64,000 bases of DNA from Akkermansiaceae bacterium (GTDB lineage Bacteria > Verrucomicrobiota > Verrucomicrobiia > Verrucomicrobiales > Akkermansiaceae): positions 1,300 to 65,299 of the forward strand of contig SUVJ01000002.1 of NCBI GenBank assembly GCA_015062045.1, written 5' to 3'. Shown here one piece after another: positions 50,326 through 59,571 of the stretch. A program made the position numbers and the translations under genes. The notes under the pieces were generated by a model. That model was not told where the DNA came from. It saw nothing but the letters and a program-made list of their open reading frames with translations, and did no database searches. Position 1 is the stretch's first letter. Each line of letters opens with the position of its first letter.

Positions 50326-51062
50326 GAGCAGGTGGGGCGGCGCCGTCCGTGCGTCTCATCATTCCACTCTGCCGTGCAATATTTGGTGCGGCAAAGTTCT
50401 TGCACATCATCAGCAAAGCCGGGGTATGGCTCATCCCCCACCACTATATCCACATGGGGGGCTAAAGCCCGAGCAAGCAATTGAGGCCAACCCTCCGCAG
50501 GCTCACACTCCTGAATTAAGCCTTGGTGTAATACGGCACCACGATATCTGCGCTGCCCTGCACCGGCCAATTTGTTACCGGCGGCATCCACAATATCACT
50601 GGCAACCGGGCTTGCCCAACAGGCACGCCCGCCATCCGGCGCATCCTCTACAAGCAAGGTGCATTCAACCCCACACGCCTTGAGGGCCTCTGCCAACGCC
50701 CCGTGAATCCACTTGTACAAACGGTCTGCGGGGGGGTACATCACCCCCTCCTGAGCCGGTAATGTTACCGTGTAGGTGTAGCCCTTGCGGTGGTCCACTA
50801 TACCACCACCCGTCCAACGGCGTATATACTCAATATCATCCCCGGGGAAAATGGAAGCAGCTACGGGGGTAGAATCAAAGTAGCCGAAGCTGACGGCAGG
50901 TTTTGCCCAACCATATATGCGCAGCCAAGCCTCGGGGCGCCGGCTGAGCAGTTCATCCGCCGCCATGTTTTCATACCCGCTGCGGGGGATGGGGTCACAC
51001 CAAAGCCTGATGGATTGCGGCAGCACCCCATCAGGCTTATCTTGTTGCATTTCAAAACTCAT
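50322..51062 (-). CDS. Lipoate-protein ligase family protein (LplA/LipM-like)
   Basis: NMAADE, LRIYGW..SFGY, RRWTGGGIVDH, KLAGAGQRR..LHQG. Confidence 0.85.
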   Translation of the reverse strand: MSFEMQQDKPDGVLPQSIRLWCDPIPRSGYENMAADELLSRRPEAWLRIYGWAKPAVSFGYFDSTPVAASIFPGDDIEYIRRWTGGGIVDHRKGYTYTVTLPAQEGVMYPPADRLYKWIHGALAEALKACGVECTLLVEDAPDGGRACWASPVASDIVDAAGNKLAGAGQRRYRGAVLHQGLIQECEPAEGWPQLLARALAPHVDIVVGDEPYPGFADDVQELCRTKYCTAEWNDETHGRRRPTCS

Positions 51063-51071
51063 GGCTCAGCA

Positions 51072-52109
51072 TCAGTACGGCTGAGGCAGGGAAACTGCCG
51101 TAGAGAATTGGCGTGTATAACGGGCAAAGAAATCCACAGGCTTGGGCGGGCGAGCCTTGCCTTGGCGCATGCGCTCTACCAAGGCTGCACCTTCCTCCGT
51201 CAATACGGTTACGGAAATATGGGCAGACACCAAGCGAGCATTCGGATAAGCCTTGCCGCCCACAATGACGGAGTCACCCGTTACGGACACCTCTTGGCCG
51301 CGACCATTAGAGGAAATAACCGTCACCGTTTCGCTCATCTTCTGTGCCCCCTTGCGGCCGGACTCCATGTACTCGATATTGACAGAGAGGTTCATCTCCA
51401 CCACGTTATCGCAGATGATGTCCTGCTCTTCATCCAGAGACTCACTGCGGAAAGCTTGGTACAAGTCGGTCTGACACAACAGGGAGTCGTAAGTACGGCG
51501 TTGGGACACCACGTGACGATACAGAGCAAACACGGGGTAAACGCCCTGCTCTTTGTCGGATGCCTCCTTGTTCTGAATATGGTCTTTATACTCCAGACGG
51601 TATCCCACGGCATTCACATCGCCCAAGTAGGGATCACCCTCACGGTCTGTGGCACTGGCCAAATCCAAGCGGTAGCCGGCACGGGAGGACTCATCGCTGG
51701 AAACTGCCGGGTTGCGGTCCGGGGAGCAAGTAAAGAACACAAAGCGAGCGGAATCCGGCACGTAGGAAAGTTTCTCGGGCTTACCCTTGCGGTTTTTCTT
51801 GGCACGACGCCCCTTTTGTTTAATCTCATCTGCGGCATCGTTCTCCGTGTCTTTACGGGCATTGAACCACTCATAATCATTGGCACCGGGCTTCATTTGG
51901 AAGGACTCCAAGTCCTTTGCCATGGTTTGCAGAGCAATGCGTGCGGTAGATGTTGTATTAACGTCATCATTCACGTTTTTCCAGAGGGAGATACCCTGCA
52001 TGGTCAACTGCATGATAACAGACACCAAAATGGCCGTAATAGCCATGGCGGTGAGCAACTCTATCAAGGTGAAACCACCGCGTTGATATTTGACTTTAAA
52101 AGATTTCAT
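51072..52109 (-). CDS. Prepilin-type N-terminal cleavage/methylation protein
   Basis: G/FTLIELLTAM class III signal followed by a TM helix. Confidence 0.85.
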   Translation of the reverse strand: MKSFKVKYQRGGFTLIELLTAMAITAILVSVIMQLTMQGISLWKNVNDDVNTTSTARIALQTMAKDLESFQMKPGANDYEWFNARKDTENDAADEIKQKGRRAKKNRKGKPEKLSYVPDSARFVFFTCSPDRNPAVSSDESSRAGYRLDLASATDREGDPYLGDVNAVGYRLEYKDHIQNKEASDKEQGVYPVFALYRHVVSQRRTYDSLLCQTDLYQAFRSESLDEEQDIICDNVVEMNLSVNIEYMESGRKGAQKMSETVTVISSNGRGQEVSVTGDSVIVGGKAYPNARLVSAHISVTVLTEEGAALVERMRQGKARPPKPVDFFARYTRQFSTAVSLPQPY

Positions 52110-52135
52110 ACTAAGAGATGATAAAAATGACTATA

Positions 52136-52879
52136 TCAGGAGGAAAGGCCGAATGACATGGTGGCAGAGAAAATGGGGCGTCCCATCTTCTTCCAGTTCT
52201 TATTTTTAACGATATTGGGGTTAGGCGTATTGAGCATGTAGAAATCTGCTCTGTAGAAAATGCATGCACCACCGGCCTCTCGCTGAGCGCAGTTCTTGAT
52301 GTAGTCCTCAGGAGACCCTGCACCGCTCACAACACCGGGTTTAGAGTTTTCCTTCCATTCTCCATTCTTGAACTCAAGGTGGGTCATGCTCACCAAATAA
52401 ACGGGCCCCACAGCATCTCGAATATGCTTGCGGTGTACTTTATCGTCTATCGGGCAGGCAATGGTCACAAGGTTAGAGGTTTCGCCGGGTACGCTCTCCT
52501 TGGCGGGAATAGCGGGGCGCGTGCCATCCGGCCCGGGGGCCTTGGTCAAATCCTCACGATAGGAGAAGATGACAATGGCGGAATCGGGCTCGCGCGTTTT
52601 ACGCAACCAATAAAAGCCCTTGTCAAAGCCGTTCACATACTTACCGTCAGAGGATTTATCGGTAGCACGCTCGTCTGCACGTATCGTCTTCATTTCTGCC
52701 TTAAGCACACCCACCAAGCGGTCGGCATCCTGCTGGGCTAAAGACTTGTGAACCAAGCCACGAGCCGGAACAAACACCACCAAGAAAATAGACACCAACG
52801 TAGCAACCAAAGCCAAGGCCAACAGGGTTTCCATAAGGGTGAACCCACCGTGGCTCCATCGTTTCATTCTTCTTTTCAT
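52136..52879 (-). CDS. Prepilin-type N-terminal cleavage/methylation protein
   Basis: G/FTLMETLLAL class III signal. Confidence 0.85.
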   Translation of the reverse strand: MKRRMKRWSHGGFTLMETLLALALVATLVSIFLVVFVPARGLVHKSLAQQDADRLVGVLKAEMKTIRADERATDKSSDGKYVNGFDKGFYWLRKTREPDSAIVIFSYREDLTKAPGPDGTRPAIPAKESVPGETSNLVTIACPIDDKVHRKHIRDAVGPVYLVSMTHLEFKNGEWKENSKPGVVSGAGSPEDYIKNCAQREAGGACIFYRADFYMLNTPNPNIVKNKNWKKMGRPIFSATMSFGLSS

Positions 52880-52910
52880 ACCTTAACTATAAAAATCGTT
52901 TTGAGCGCAA

Positions 52911-53762
52911 TTACTTCTTCTTTTTAGCGTCGTCCTTATCTTTATCCTTCTTGTCCTTTTTGTTGTTCTTTTTCCCTTTGCGAGACTTGGACTTAGCTTT
53001 TTTCTCAGCCACAAACACCTCCGGGTCGTATACCTGTTCCAGTGTCTTCATAACACTGAAATTACCGGAGGGCCACAACACAATGCCGCGAGCTTCGGCG
53101 GGGTGTCCATCCTTATCCAGTTTGGAGGGGATAATGCCATCCACATTGCCGTTGCGGTCGCTGCGGTGTCCGCCAATCAACACCAAACGGCGGGCACGGC
53201 TGGGTTCTCCCGGCTTGGTATCGGGGGTTACAAAACGGCCCTTTTCATCAAACTCAATGTAGTATACCGTGGCCAAGCCATGGCCGGAGAGGCGAGCCTC
53301 CGTATCCTGCTCCAGCGGGGTATCACGGGCATTATCCATCCACTGCAGCTCTCGGCTATAGGTGGGGCAGAAATAGACACCGGCCGGCAGGAAAGTACCG
53401 GATGAAGTGGAGACCCATTCGCCCCGACGCACAACATCCGTGCCATCGTAGTTGCGGTTTTCATTTTTGTCTCGCACATACATCTGCACAGTTACGTAAC
53501 GCAAGTGAATAGAATCTCTTGAGGTATCATCCTCATCGCAGGCAATGACCACACGAGCGCAGGTATCATTACCGATAGCCGTTGCACGAGCCTCCTGAAT
53601 CATATTCTGCATAATCTGCACACCGGAGGTCACATTGCGCTCCTTACCGGGATTCTGCAACACATTAGCAGCCAATGACAACATTACACCAATAATGGCA
53701 ATCACCACCAACAATTCCACCAAGGTAAAGCCCCCGGTTGCTTTTTTTCTGAAACTTTTCAT
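52911..53762 (-). CDS. Prepilin-type (FimT/GspH-like) protein
   Basis: G/FTLVELLVVIAII; MIQEARATAI; IEFDEKG; lysine-rich tail. Confidence 0.85.
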   Translation of the reverse strand: MKSFRKKATGGFTLVELLVVIAIIGVMLSLAANVLQNPGKERNVTSGVQIMQNMIQEARATAIGNDTCARVVIACDEDDTSRDSIHLRYVTVQMYVRDKNENRNYDGTDVVRRGEWVSTSSGTFLPAGVYFCPTYSRELQWMDNARDTPLEQDTEARLSGHGLATVYYIEFDEKGRFVTPDTKPGEPSRARRLVLIGGHRSDRNGNVDGIIPSKLDKDGHPAEARGIVLWPSGNFSVMKTLEQVYDPEVFVAEKKAKSKSRKGKKNNKKDKKDKDKDDAKKKK

Positions 53763-53916
53763 AAACGGAGAAAGAAGTCAGTACACTAAAATCCGTCACT
53801 ACAATTACCACATTTACCGTGCAGATTCAATCCTTTTTTTTATTTTTGCTGATTAATATCATTTTTTTTCGTTTTGTGATTGACCTTTTTGTTAAAATAA
53901 TGTAAACAGGCGCGTC

Positions 53917-54780
53917 ATGTCGATATGGGAAGCAATTATTCTGGGAATCGTGGAGGGGCTCACCGAGTACTTACCGGTCAGCTCAACGGGGCACCTCATC
54001 ATCACACGCTATTTATTGCAGCTGAGCGATGGAGATGCCCAGAAAGCCTTTGAGATATGCATACAAGGCGGAGCGATTCTTGCCGTATTAGGCATTTATT
54101 TTCAACGCGTCAAAGCCATATTTACAGACACGGCAACATGGTTGCGCACCCGCAAGGATACCAATGCCCCCCAAGAACTACCGGTCGGCATGCGTTTGGC
54201 TCTCAACATGGTTATCGGTTTTTTACCCGCAGCGGTCATCGGGGTCATGCTCAGCCAATACATTAAGGAGTATCTTTTCAATGCCCCGGTCGTCACCACC
54301 ATGTGGGCATTAGGCGGCCTTGTCATCCTTTTATATGTGCGAGCTCGCAAAAAGAGCGGCAAGGGGTTCCGGGGTAAAAGCCTGGAGGAGCTCAGTTACA
54401 GCGGGGCGCTCAAGGTAGGGTTCATGCAATGCATTGCCATGTGCCCGGGTGTAAGCCGCAGCCTCATGACCATGCTGGGCGGGTTGTGCGCAGGGCTGAG
54501 CGTATCTGCCGCGGTAGAGTTCAGTTTCCTGCTGGGTCTCATTACCTTGGGCGCAGCCACAGTGCATGATTCCTACGAGTATGGGCACGCCATGATAACC
54601 GACATCGGCTGGGGCCCCATCATTGCCGGCACCCTCACCGCGTGGGTGAGCTCCATTATAGCCGTAAAATGGATGGTCGGCTACCTCAACAAACACAGCC
54701 TTGCCATATTCGGCTGGTACCGCATTGCAGCAGCATGCGTCATGCTGGGGCTTATCCTGTTTGCAGGCTTGGCATTCTGA
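53917..54780 (+). CDS. uppP: Undecaprenyl-diphosphate phosphatase
   Basis: LGIVEGLTEYLPVSSTGHL, PGVSRS, AVEFSFLL. Confidence 0.95.
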   Translation: MSIWEAIILGIVEGLTEYLPVSSTGHLIITRYLLQLSDGDAQKAFEICIQGGAILAVLGIYFQRVKAIFTDTATWLRTRKDTNAPQELPVGMRLALNMVIGFLPAAVIGVMLSQYIKEYLFNAPVVTTMWALGGLVILLYVRARKKSGKGFRGKSLEELSYSGALKVGFMQCIAMCPGVSRSLMTMLGGLCAGLSVSAAVEFSFLLGLITLGAATVHDSYEYGHAMITDIGWGPIIAGTLTAWVSSIIAVKWMVGYLNKHSLAIFGWYRIAAACVMLGLILFAGLAF

Positions 54781-54874
54781 TTAAGCCCCATAGACTGCTC
54801 CGCCCCACAAAACTCGCAACATGCCGAAGTTTTGGCTTTTCATTCTACCCGAGTTTGTGTAGAATATAAAGAGC

Positions 54875-56170
54875 ATGCGATACATCCTCAAGCCTCTCAA
54901 TGCCATAACAGATTCCTGCCTTGCGTGGTTTACGCCGGGCTGGCGACGCAAGGGACACGAAGCCCGTGCTGCCCTTACCCGTTACTACAATTACAATAAA
55001 CCCACACTTACAGAGGAAAGAGCGCAGCAAATTACCACCCTCATTAAGGAGATTAAGGAGGCTCTTTTATATTGGAGAAAGCAAGAGGTTATCACCCTCA
55101 CTAAAAAAATTAAGAGCTTAGGAGAGGGGCTGGAGGGCTTTACCCGTGAAACAGCACTTGAAATTATCGAGTCGTTCTTTGTTATCATGGTGATATTCTT
55201 GGGCATCAGAACATATTACCTGCAACCCTTCCGTATTCCCACAGGGTCCATGCAACCCACGCTCAACGGCATTACCATTCATGATGTTGCAGAGTCAGAC
55301 ATTCCCCCTGCCCCCCAACGCTGGTGGGAGGCCATCACCCACGGCAGCGAGTATGTCAACATCAAGATTGACTCTCCCAAGTCCATTCGCAGCCTGCGTA
55401 CAGAGCAATACCTGCTGCTCTTTACCCGCACCGTCATCACCTTCAGCGACGGCACTACGGAGACCGTACCCTGCGCAGAGGGCGCATTGCGTGAATACTT
55501 TTTGCAAAAGGGCATCATGACCCCCACCTATCAGTTCCGCGACATGAAACCCGGGGAAACGCTGATATGCGCGCGCCTCGATGCCGGTGATATGGTAATC
55601 GTCAACCGCATGGCCTACCACTTCCGCAAGCCGGAGCGTGGTGAAACCTTTGTGTTTGACACCCGTGGCATCAACACCAATGTGCCTCAAGCCATGCCGG
55701 ACCAAAGCAACGCCAGCCACTTCATCAAACGCCTTTGCGGTTTGCCCGGAGACACGGTGGAAATTAAGCAACCGCAGCTCATCGTCAACGGTGAGCCGGC
55801 CCAAGAGCCCACCATTCAGCGCGTTGCCGCCTGCCAAGCACCGTATAATGCCACCGGCTATAATCGCGCGGCAGAACCCGTGGTCAACATTTTGCCCGGC
55901 ACCTCTTTTGAGGACAGACAAGCCATTCACGAGAGATTAGCACGCGCCTACGCCGAGTATGAGCAGCTGTGCATCTCTCAAGCTAAGCCGGTATTAGCGT
56001 TAAAGAACAGTGCAGAGGATCCCAACTCCCGCGAATACGCAGCCTTGGGGGACAACACCGTCAATTCTAAAGACACCCGCTACTGGGGCCCCGTACGCCA
56101 ATTTAATGTGCTGGGGCCTGCCGTTATGACCCTTTGGCCCTTCTCCTCTCACTGGGGCTCCATTGAATAA
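54875..56170 (+). CDS. lepB: Signal peptidase I
   Basis: PFRIPTGSMQPTL (Ser), FIKRLCGLPGD (Lys), GDNTVNSKDTRYWG. Confidence 0.93.
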   Translation: MRYILKPLNAITDSCLAWFTPGWRRKGHEARAALTRYYNYNKPTLTEERAQQITTLIKEIKEALLYWRKQEVITLTKKIKSLGEGLEGFTRETALEIIESFFVIMVIFLGIRTYYLQPFRIPTGSMQPTLNGITIHDVAESDIPPAPQRWWEAITHGSEYVNIKIDSPKSIRSLRTEQYLLLFTRTVITFSDGTTETVPCAEGALREYFLQKGIMTPTYQFRDMKPGETLICARLDAGDMVIVNRMAYHFRKPERGETFVFDTRGINTNVPQAMPDQSNASHFIKRLCGLPGDTVEIKQPQLIVNGEPAQEPTIQRVAACQAPYNATGYNRAAEPVVNILPGTSFEDRQAIHERLARAYAEYEQLCISQAKPVLALKNSAEDPNSREYAALGDNTVNSKDTRYWGPVRQFNVLGPAVMTLWPFSSHWGSIE

Positions 56171-56189
56171 CCCTTAACATACTCTTTCC

Positions 56190-57092
56190 ATGTCAGAAGC
56201 CAATACCATCACAAAAAATGCCAAATCTAACCTGGCATTTACCCTGCTGGACTTACCCCCCGAAAAGCGCATGCACATGGCGCAATTTTACGCATTTTGT
56301 CGCATTGTAGACGACATTGTGGATGAACCGGGTATGACCGAGCAAGAACGACACACCGCCCTGAACAGGTGGGCAGACATCGTAAAAGGCACCATAGAGC
56401 CCCAACCCGGCATTGAAACGGAAGTAAGCCAACTGGTTACCACCCTGCAACTCAACATTGCCCCCATGCTCGAGCTTATTGAGGGCTGCCGTGGCGACAT
56501 TGTCCCCCGCCAACCCGAAACACGAGAGGGCATGCTGGCATACGCCTACAAGGTGGCGAGTTGCGTGGGTATTACCAGTGCCACGGTGATGGGGGCCTCC
56601 CCCAAAGCTCATGATTACGCCGTTGCCTTGGGCTATGCGTTGCAGCTGGTCAACATTTTACGAGATGTTGCAGAGGATTGCCGCAAATACGGTAGATTCT
56701 ACCTGCCGAAGCAGGATATGGAGCTCTTCGGCGTAACCCATGAGGACATCCGTAACCAAAACTATAATTACCGCGTGCGCCAGCTTTTGGCATACGAGGC
56801 GGCTCTGGCAGAAAAATTCTTCGGCGAGGCAGAAGAGCTCTACCAGCAACTGCCGGTGGAGGACCGCAATGCCCTAATCCCCGCCCAAGCCATGAGCCTT
56901 ATCTACCATAACATTCTGACCAAAATGGCAGATGACGAATACCGCGTATTCGAGCGTCGGTACAGCGTCAACAACTTCCGTAAACTCTGGTTCCTGCTCA
57001 GAGCCAGACTCGGCACGGTGGAGTTCCCCTCCTTCCCGAGTATTTCTGATTGGAATTTCTTCAAAAACAAAGAGAATGGTGAGGGAAAATGA
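56190..57092 (+). CDS. Squalene/phytoene synthase family protein (HpnD/CrtB-like)
   Basis: FCRIVDDIVD, VASCVG, ALQLVNILRDVAED..GRFYLP. Confidence 0.88.
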   Translation: MSEANTITKNAKSNLAFTLLDLPPEKRMHMAQFYAFCRIVDDIVDEPGMTEQERHTALNRWADIVKGTIEPQPGIETEVSQLVTTLQLNIAPMLELIEGCRGDIVPRQPETREGMLAYAYKVASCVGITSATVMGASPKAHDYAVALGYALQLVNILRDVAEDCRKYGRFYLPKQDMELFGVTHEDIRNQNYNYRVRQLLAYEAALAEKFFGEAEELYQQLPVEDRNALIPAQAMSLIYHNILTKMADDEYRVFERRYSVNNFRKLWFLLRARLGTVEFPSFPSISDWNFFKNKENGEGK

Positions 57093-57143
57093 ATCGGAAT
57101 GCATTTTTTCAAGTCTGTAGTAACTGATATGCAAGATGCAGAC

Positions 57144-57172
57144 TTGACAAACCGTTTTTTTTAAGGCACAAT
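57144..57172 (+). promoter_or_regulatory. Sigma70-type promoter
   Basis: TTGACA-N17-CACAAT upstream of ATG 57223. Confidence 0.6.
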
Positions 57173-57222
57173 GACCCCACGCATGACTCATGCAGGTCTG
57201 CCGTAAACGAATAGAATCGCTT

Positions 57223-58590
57223 ATGAAGCCTCAACTGATCCACATCGCTCTGACTGCAACCGCCGTAGCAATCTTATCATCTTGCGATGATAACGCAGCA
57301 TCTCAGCAAAATGCCACGGCAACGGCAACGGATACAACGGCAACCACCCCGGATGAAATTCAAACAACGGAGGATGAACCGACTTTGCCGGAAATTACCC
57401 CCGAAGAGATAACCGCAGCTTTTGCTCCCAGAATCTCCGGCATGAAGTACCTGCTGCAAGAGGGCATGGAAATTGAGAGCACCCCCAAAGCCAATGGCGA
57501 CTTGCAGGTAAAAGCCAAGGTAACGCTTAAAATCACGGAAGATTTGTACAGCCGCAGCGAGGCTCCTGCAGAGTTCAGCGAGGCCCGCAAGGTTGTCTTT
57601 GCCCTGCACCAATCCGTAGAAAAACCGGACTCTGTTTACCTGATGGATATGGGGGCAGAAACCGCCCTGCTGACGGATGAGGATCGCAAGGTCAAACCGC
57701 TGCCGGAGAACCTGCAACAAATTTATAACGAGTTAGTCAATTTATCTGAGAGCTCCTGCTTCAAACCGGCTCGCAATGCCAATGACACCTTTGTACTGGA
57801 GCTTACCATGGATGCCCATTGGAGCGAAGGTCGCTGGAATGTGTCCAACATCGTGGAGACGGAGGACCTGCTCTCCCCGCTTTCTTTCCTTTCCCCCGCC
57901 TCTTCGCTGGAGAAAGGCGCCCCCATCCTCACGCAAGAGTTTATTGCCGCTCGTATGGAGGAAATTGCCGCCAAGGCAGATGCATTCAAAACCGCAGCCG
58001 AGGAATACCGCAATACCCGTGAAAACGATGTGCGTAACATGCTGACACAGCGCCAAGCACATCAGCAGGAGGAAGCGCTCAAAGCTGCCGAGGCAGAACA
58101 AAAAGCTGCTGCGGATGCCGCAGCTAAGCAAGAATGGAGCAACATCTGTGTTCAGCATTTCTCCCCCGGTCGCAAGTTCAGTGGAGAATGGACTCGTGAT
58201 GCCAAGTTCGGCGAGCTCACCATACAAGTGGACGGTGCCACCCTGCATGAAAACGCCATTCAATTCTATGGCCACATGTACGACACCAAGCTGCCGCAAG
58301 CCAGTATCGCCATTACCGGCAGATGCAGCACCGTTAAGGAGGAGGATGGCAGCTCCAAAGTCAACGTAACCCTCTACAGCGGCGCGTACGACCCCGATGA
58401 ACCCACCGCAGAGGTATACGATGCCGCAGATGGCCGCCTGATTCTTAATTTCGACAAGAATGGTAACCTGCATGGTATCATGACCTGCGCCTCATGGGTG
58501 GACCATCCGCATAAGAACTTCAACCTGCACTTCAAAGCCCTGCCCGCCCCGGCTAAAGCCCCGGCAGATGCAGAAACAAAAAAGCAGTAA
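57223..58590 (+). CDS. Hypothetical lipoprotein with central coiled coil
   Basis: Lipobox LSSC; A/E-rich helix (EEALKAAEAEQKAAADAAAKQE). Confidence 0.75.
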   Translation: MKPQLIHIALTATAVAILSSCDDNAASQQNATATATDTTATTPDEIQTTEDEPTLPEITPEEITAAFAPRISGMKYLLQEGMEIESTPKANGDLQVKAKVTLKITEDLYSRSEAPAEFSEARKVVFALHQSVEKPDSVYLMDMGAETALLTDEDRKVKPLPENLQQIYNELVNLSESSCFKPARNANDTFVLELTMDAHWSEGRWNVSNIVETEDLLSPLSFLSPASSLEKGAPILTQEFIAARMEEIAAKADAFKTAAEEYRNTRENDVRNMLTQRQAHQQEEALKAAEAEQKAAADAAAKQEWSNICVQHFSPGRKFSGEWTRDAKFGELTIQVDGATLHENAIQFYGHMYDTKLPQASIAITGRCSTVKEEDGSSKVNVTLYSGAYDPDEPTAEVYDAADGRLILNFDKNGNLHGIMTCASWVDHPHKNFNLHFKALPAPAKAPADAETKKQ

Positions 58591-58616
58591 CCTACCTTTT
58601 CCCATATATTCATAGC

Positions 58617-58652
58617 AAAAAGCCACACAGATTTCCCGGTGTGGCTTTTTTT
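58617..58652 (+). terminator. Terminator after the lipoprotein gene
   Basis: AAAAAGCCACAC...GTGTGGCTTTTTTT. Confidence 0.85.
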
Positions 58653-58730
58653 GAAAGCTCAACAAAACTATTTATCTTGCATCCTGCGAATCTCCGGAGT
58701 CCCCTATAAATTGGTAGTTGAGTGGTAACA

Positions 58731-58934
58731 TACGAAATCCGAAATCCGAAATACGAAGTCAATTTAGTTCGGCTCACAGCTACGGGAAATCTCCCTTGCT
58801 GTTCGCAAAATAAGCATTGCTATCTCAACGCTTACTGCCGTAATTACACCAGTAACTTATGCAAGGCTTTGCAACATTGCGCCGCAGGCGCCTAACTCTG
58901 AAAATTCGTATTTCGTATATCGTAATTCGTATTT
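58731..58934. repeat. Structured element bounded by inverted heptamer arrays
   Basis: 4 x TMCGAAR (58731-58758) and 4 x WWTCGTA (58904-58931) in inverted orientation, with internal hairpins. Confidence 0.65.
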
Positions 58935-58966
58935 ACAAATTGTTAGTTGCGGGGGCGAATACTATC

Positions 58967-59038
58967 GGAGTGTTGGACTTTAGTCCAACATATTATCAGG
59001 TATACCACCGTGAAAGTGGGACTTAAGTCCCACCCTAC
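58967..59038. repeat. Inverted REP doublet (REPIN-like)
   Basis: GGAG-TGTTGGACTTTAGTCCAACA on the plus strand and GTAG-GGTGGGACTTAAGTCCCAC on the minus strand. Confidence 0.7.
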
Positions 59039-59571
59039 GATATAAACAAAATTCCATTTGGCGAGTTTTTAGAGATTCCCAAATTGAGCATTCAGTGCGT
59101 TTGGAACAATAGCTTTTCAATTGTATCCGGGGGGTGATTCAACAATGCCAGCCGCCTGTATAAGATATATGGTTTAATGTGCAACCTCATAGCCATATCT
59201 TTTACACCGGCAAAGCAGCCACTGCTCCGGCTTCATAGCATTGGCCATGCAAATAGCGCTCATGGTAGGCCGCTCTCCACAAGGTCGCCCAACAGGTTCC
59301 ACCGGTCTCAACTCAGGCATATCAAGCTGCACCGTGGTCTTATCTCCCTGCAATGCGGGAAATGACCATGCCTCCCCCAGAGGAGAGATATTCATGTGCA
59401 ACTCCAACATATAGCTGTAAAGAAAAGAAAATTGATTTTGAGATTAAAAACAACATAGACTTTAGTAAGCCTCATCAATCTCAACTTGATGAAGAAACAA
59501 GAAAATTGATAAATGATGGAAAGCAATAATTTAGTTTGCTAATCATTTTCCAGACGCAACAACTATGCTAA

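Noticed and set aside
50790-52121. 443-aa plus-strand ORF over the pilin and lplA genes
   Set aside because: Antisense to two clearly recognisable genes; no motifs.
57109-57147. TCAAGTCTG/CAGACTTGA inverted repeat overlapping a -35 box
   Set aside because: Short arms and a 21-bp interior; inversion would not change the promoter. More likely a hairpin or operator, not testable here.
58731-58931. Heptamer arrays as a CRISPR array
   Set aside because: Units are 7 bp, contiguous and without spacers; no cas genes in the window.
59353-59529. 58-aa plus-strand ORF spanning a GC shift
   Set aside because: Appears chimeric across a junction; no motif or ribosome-binding signal.
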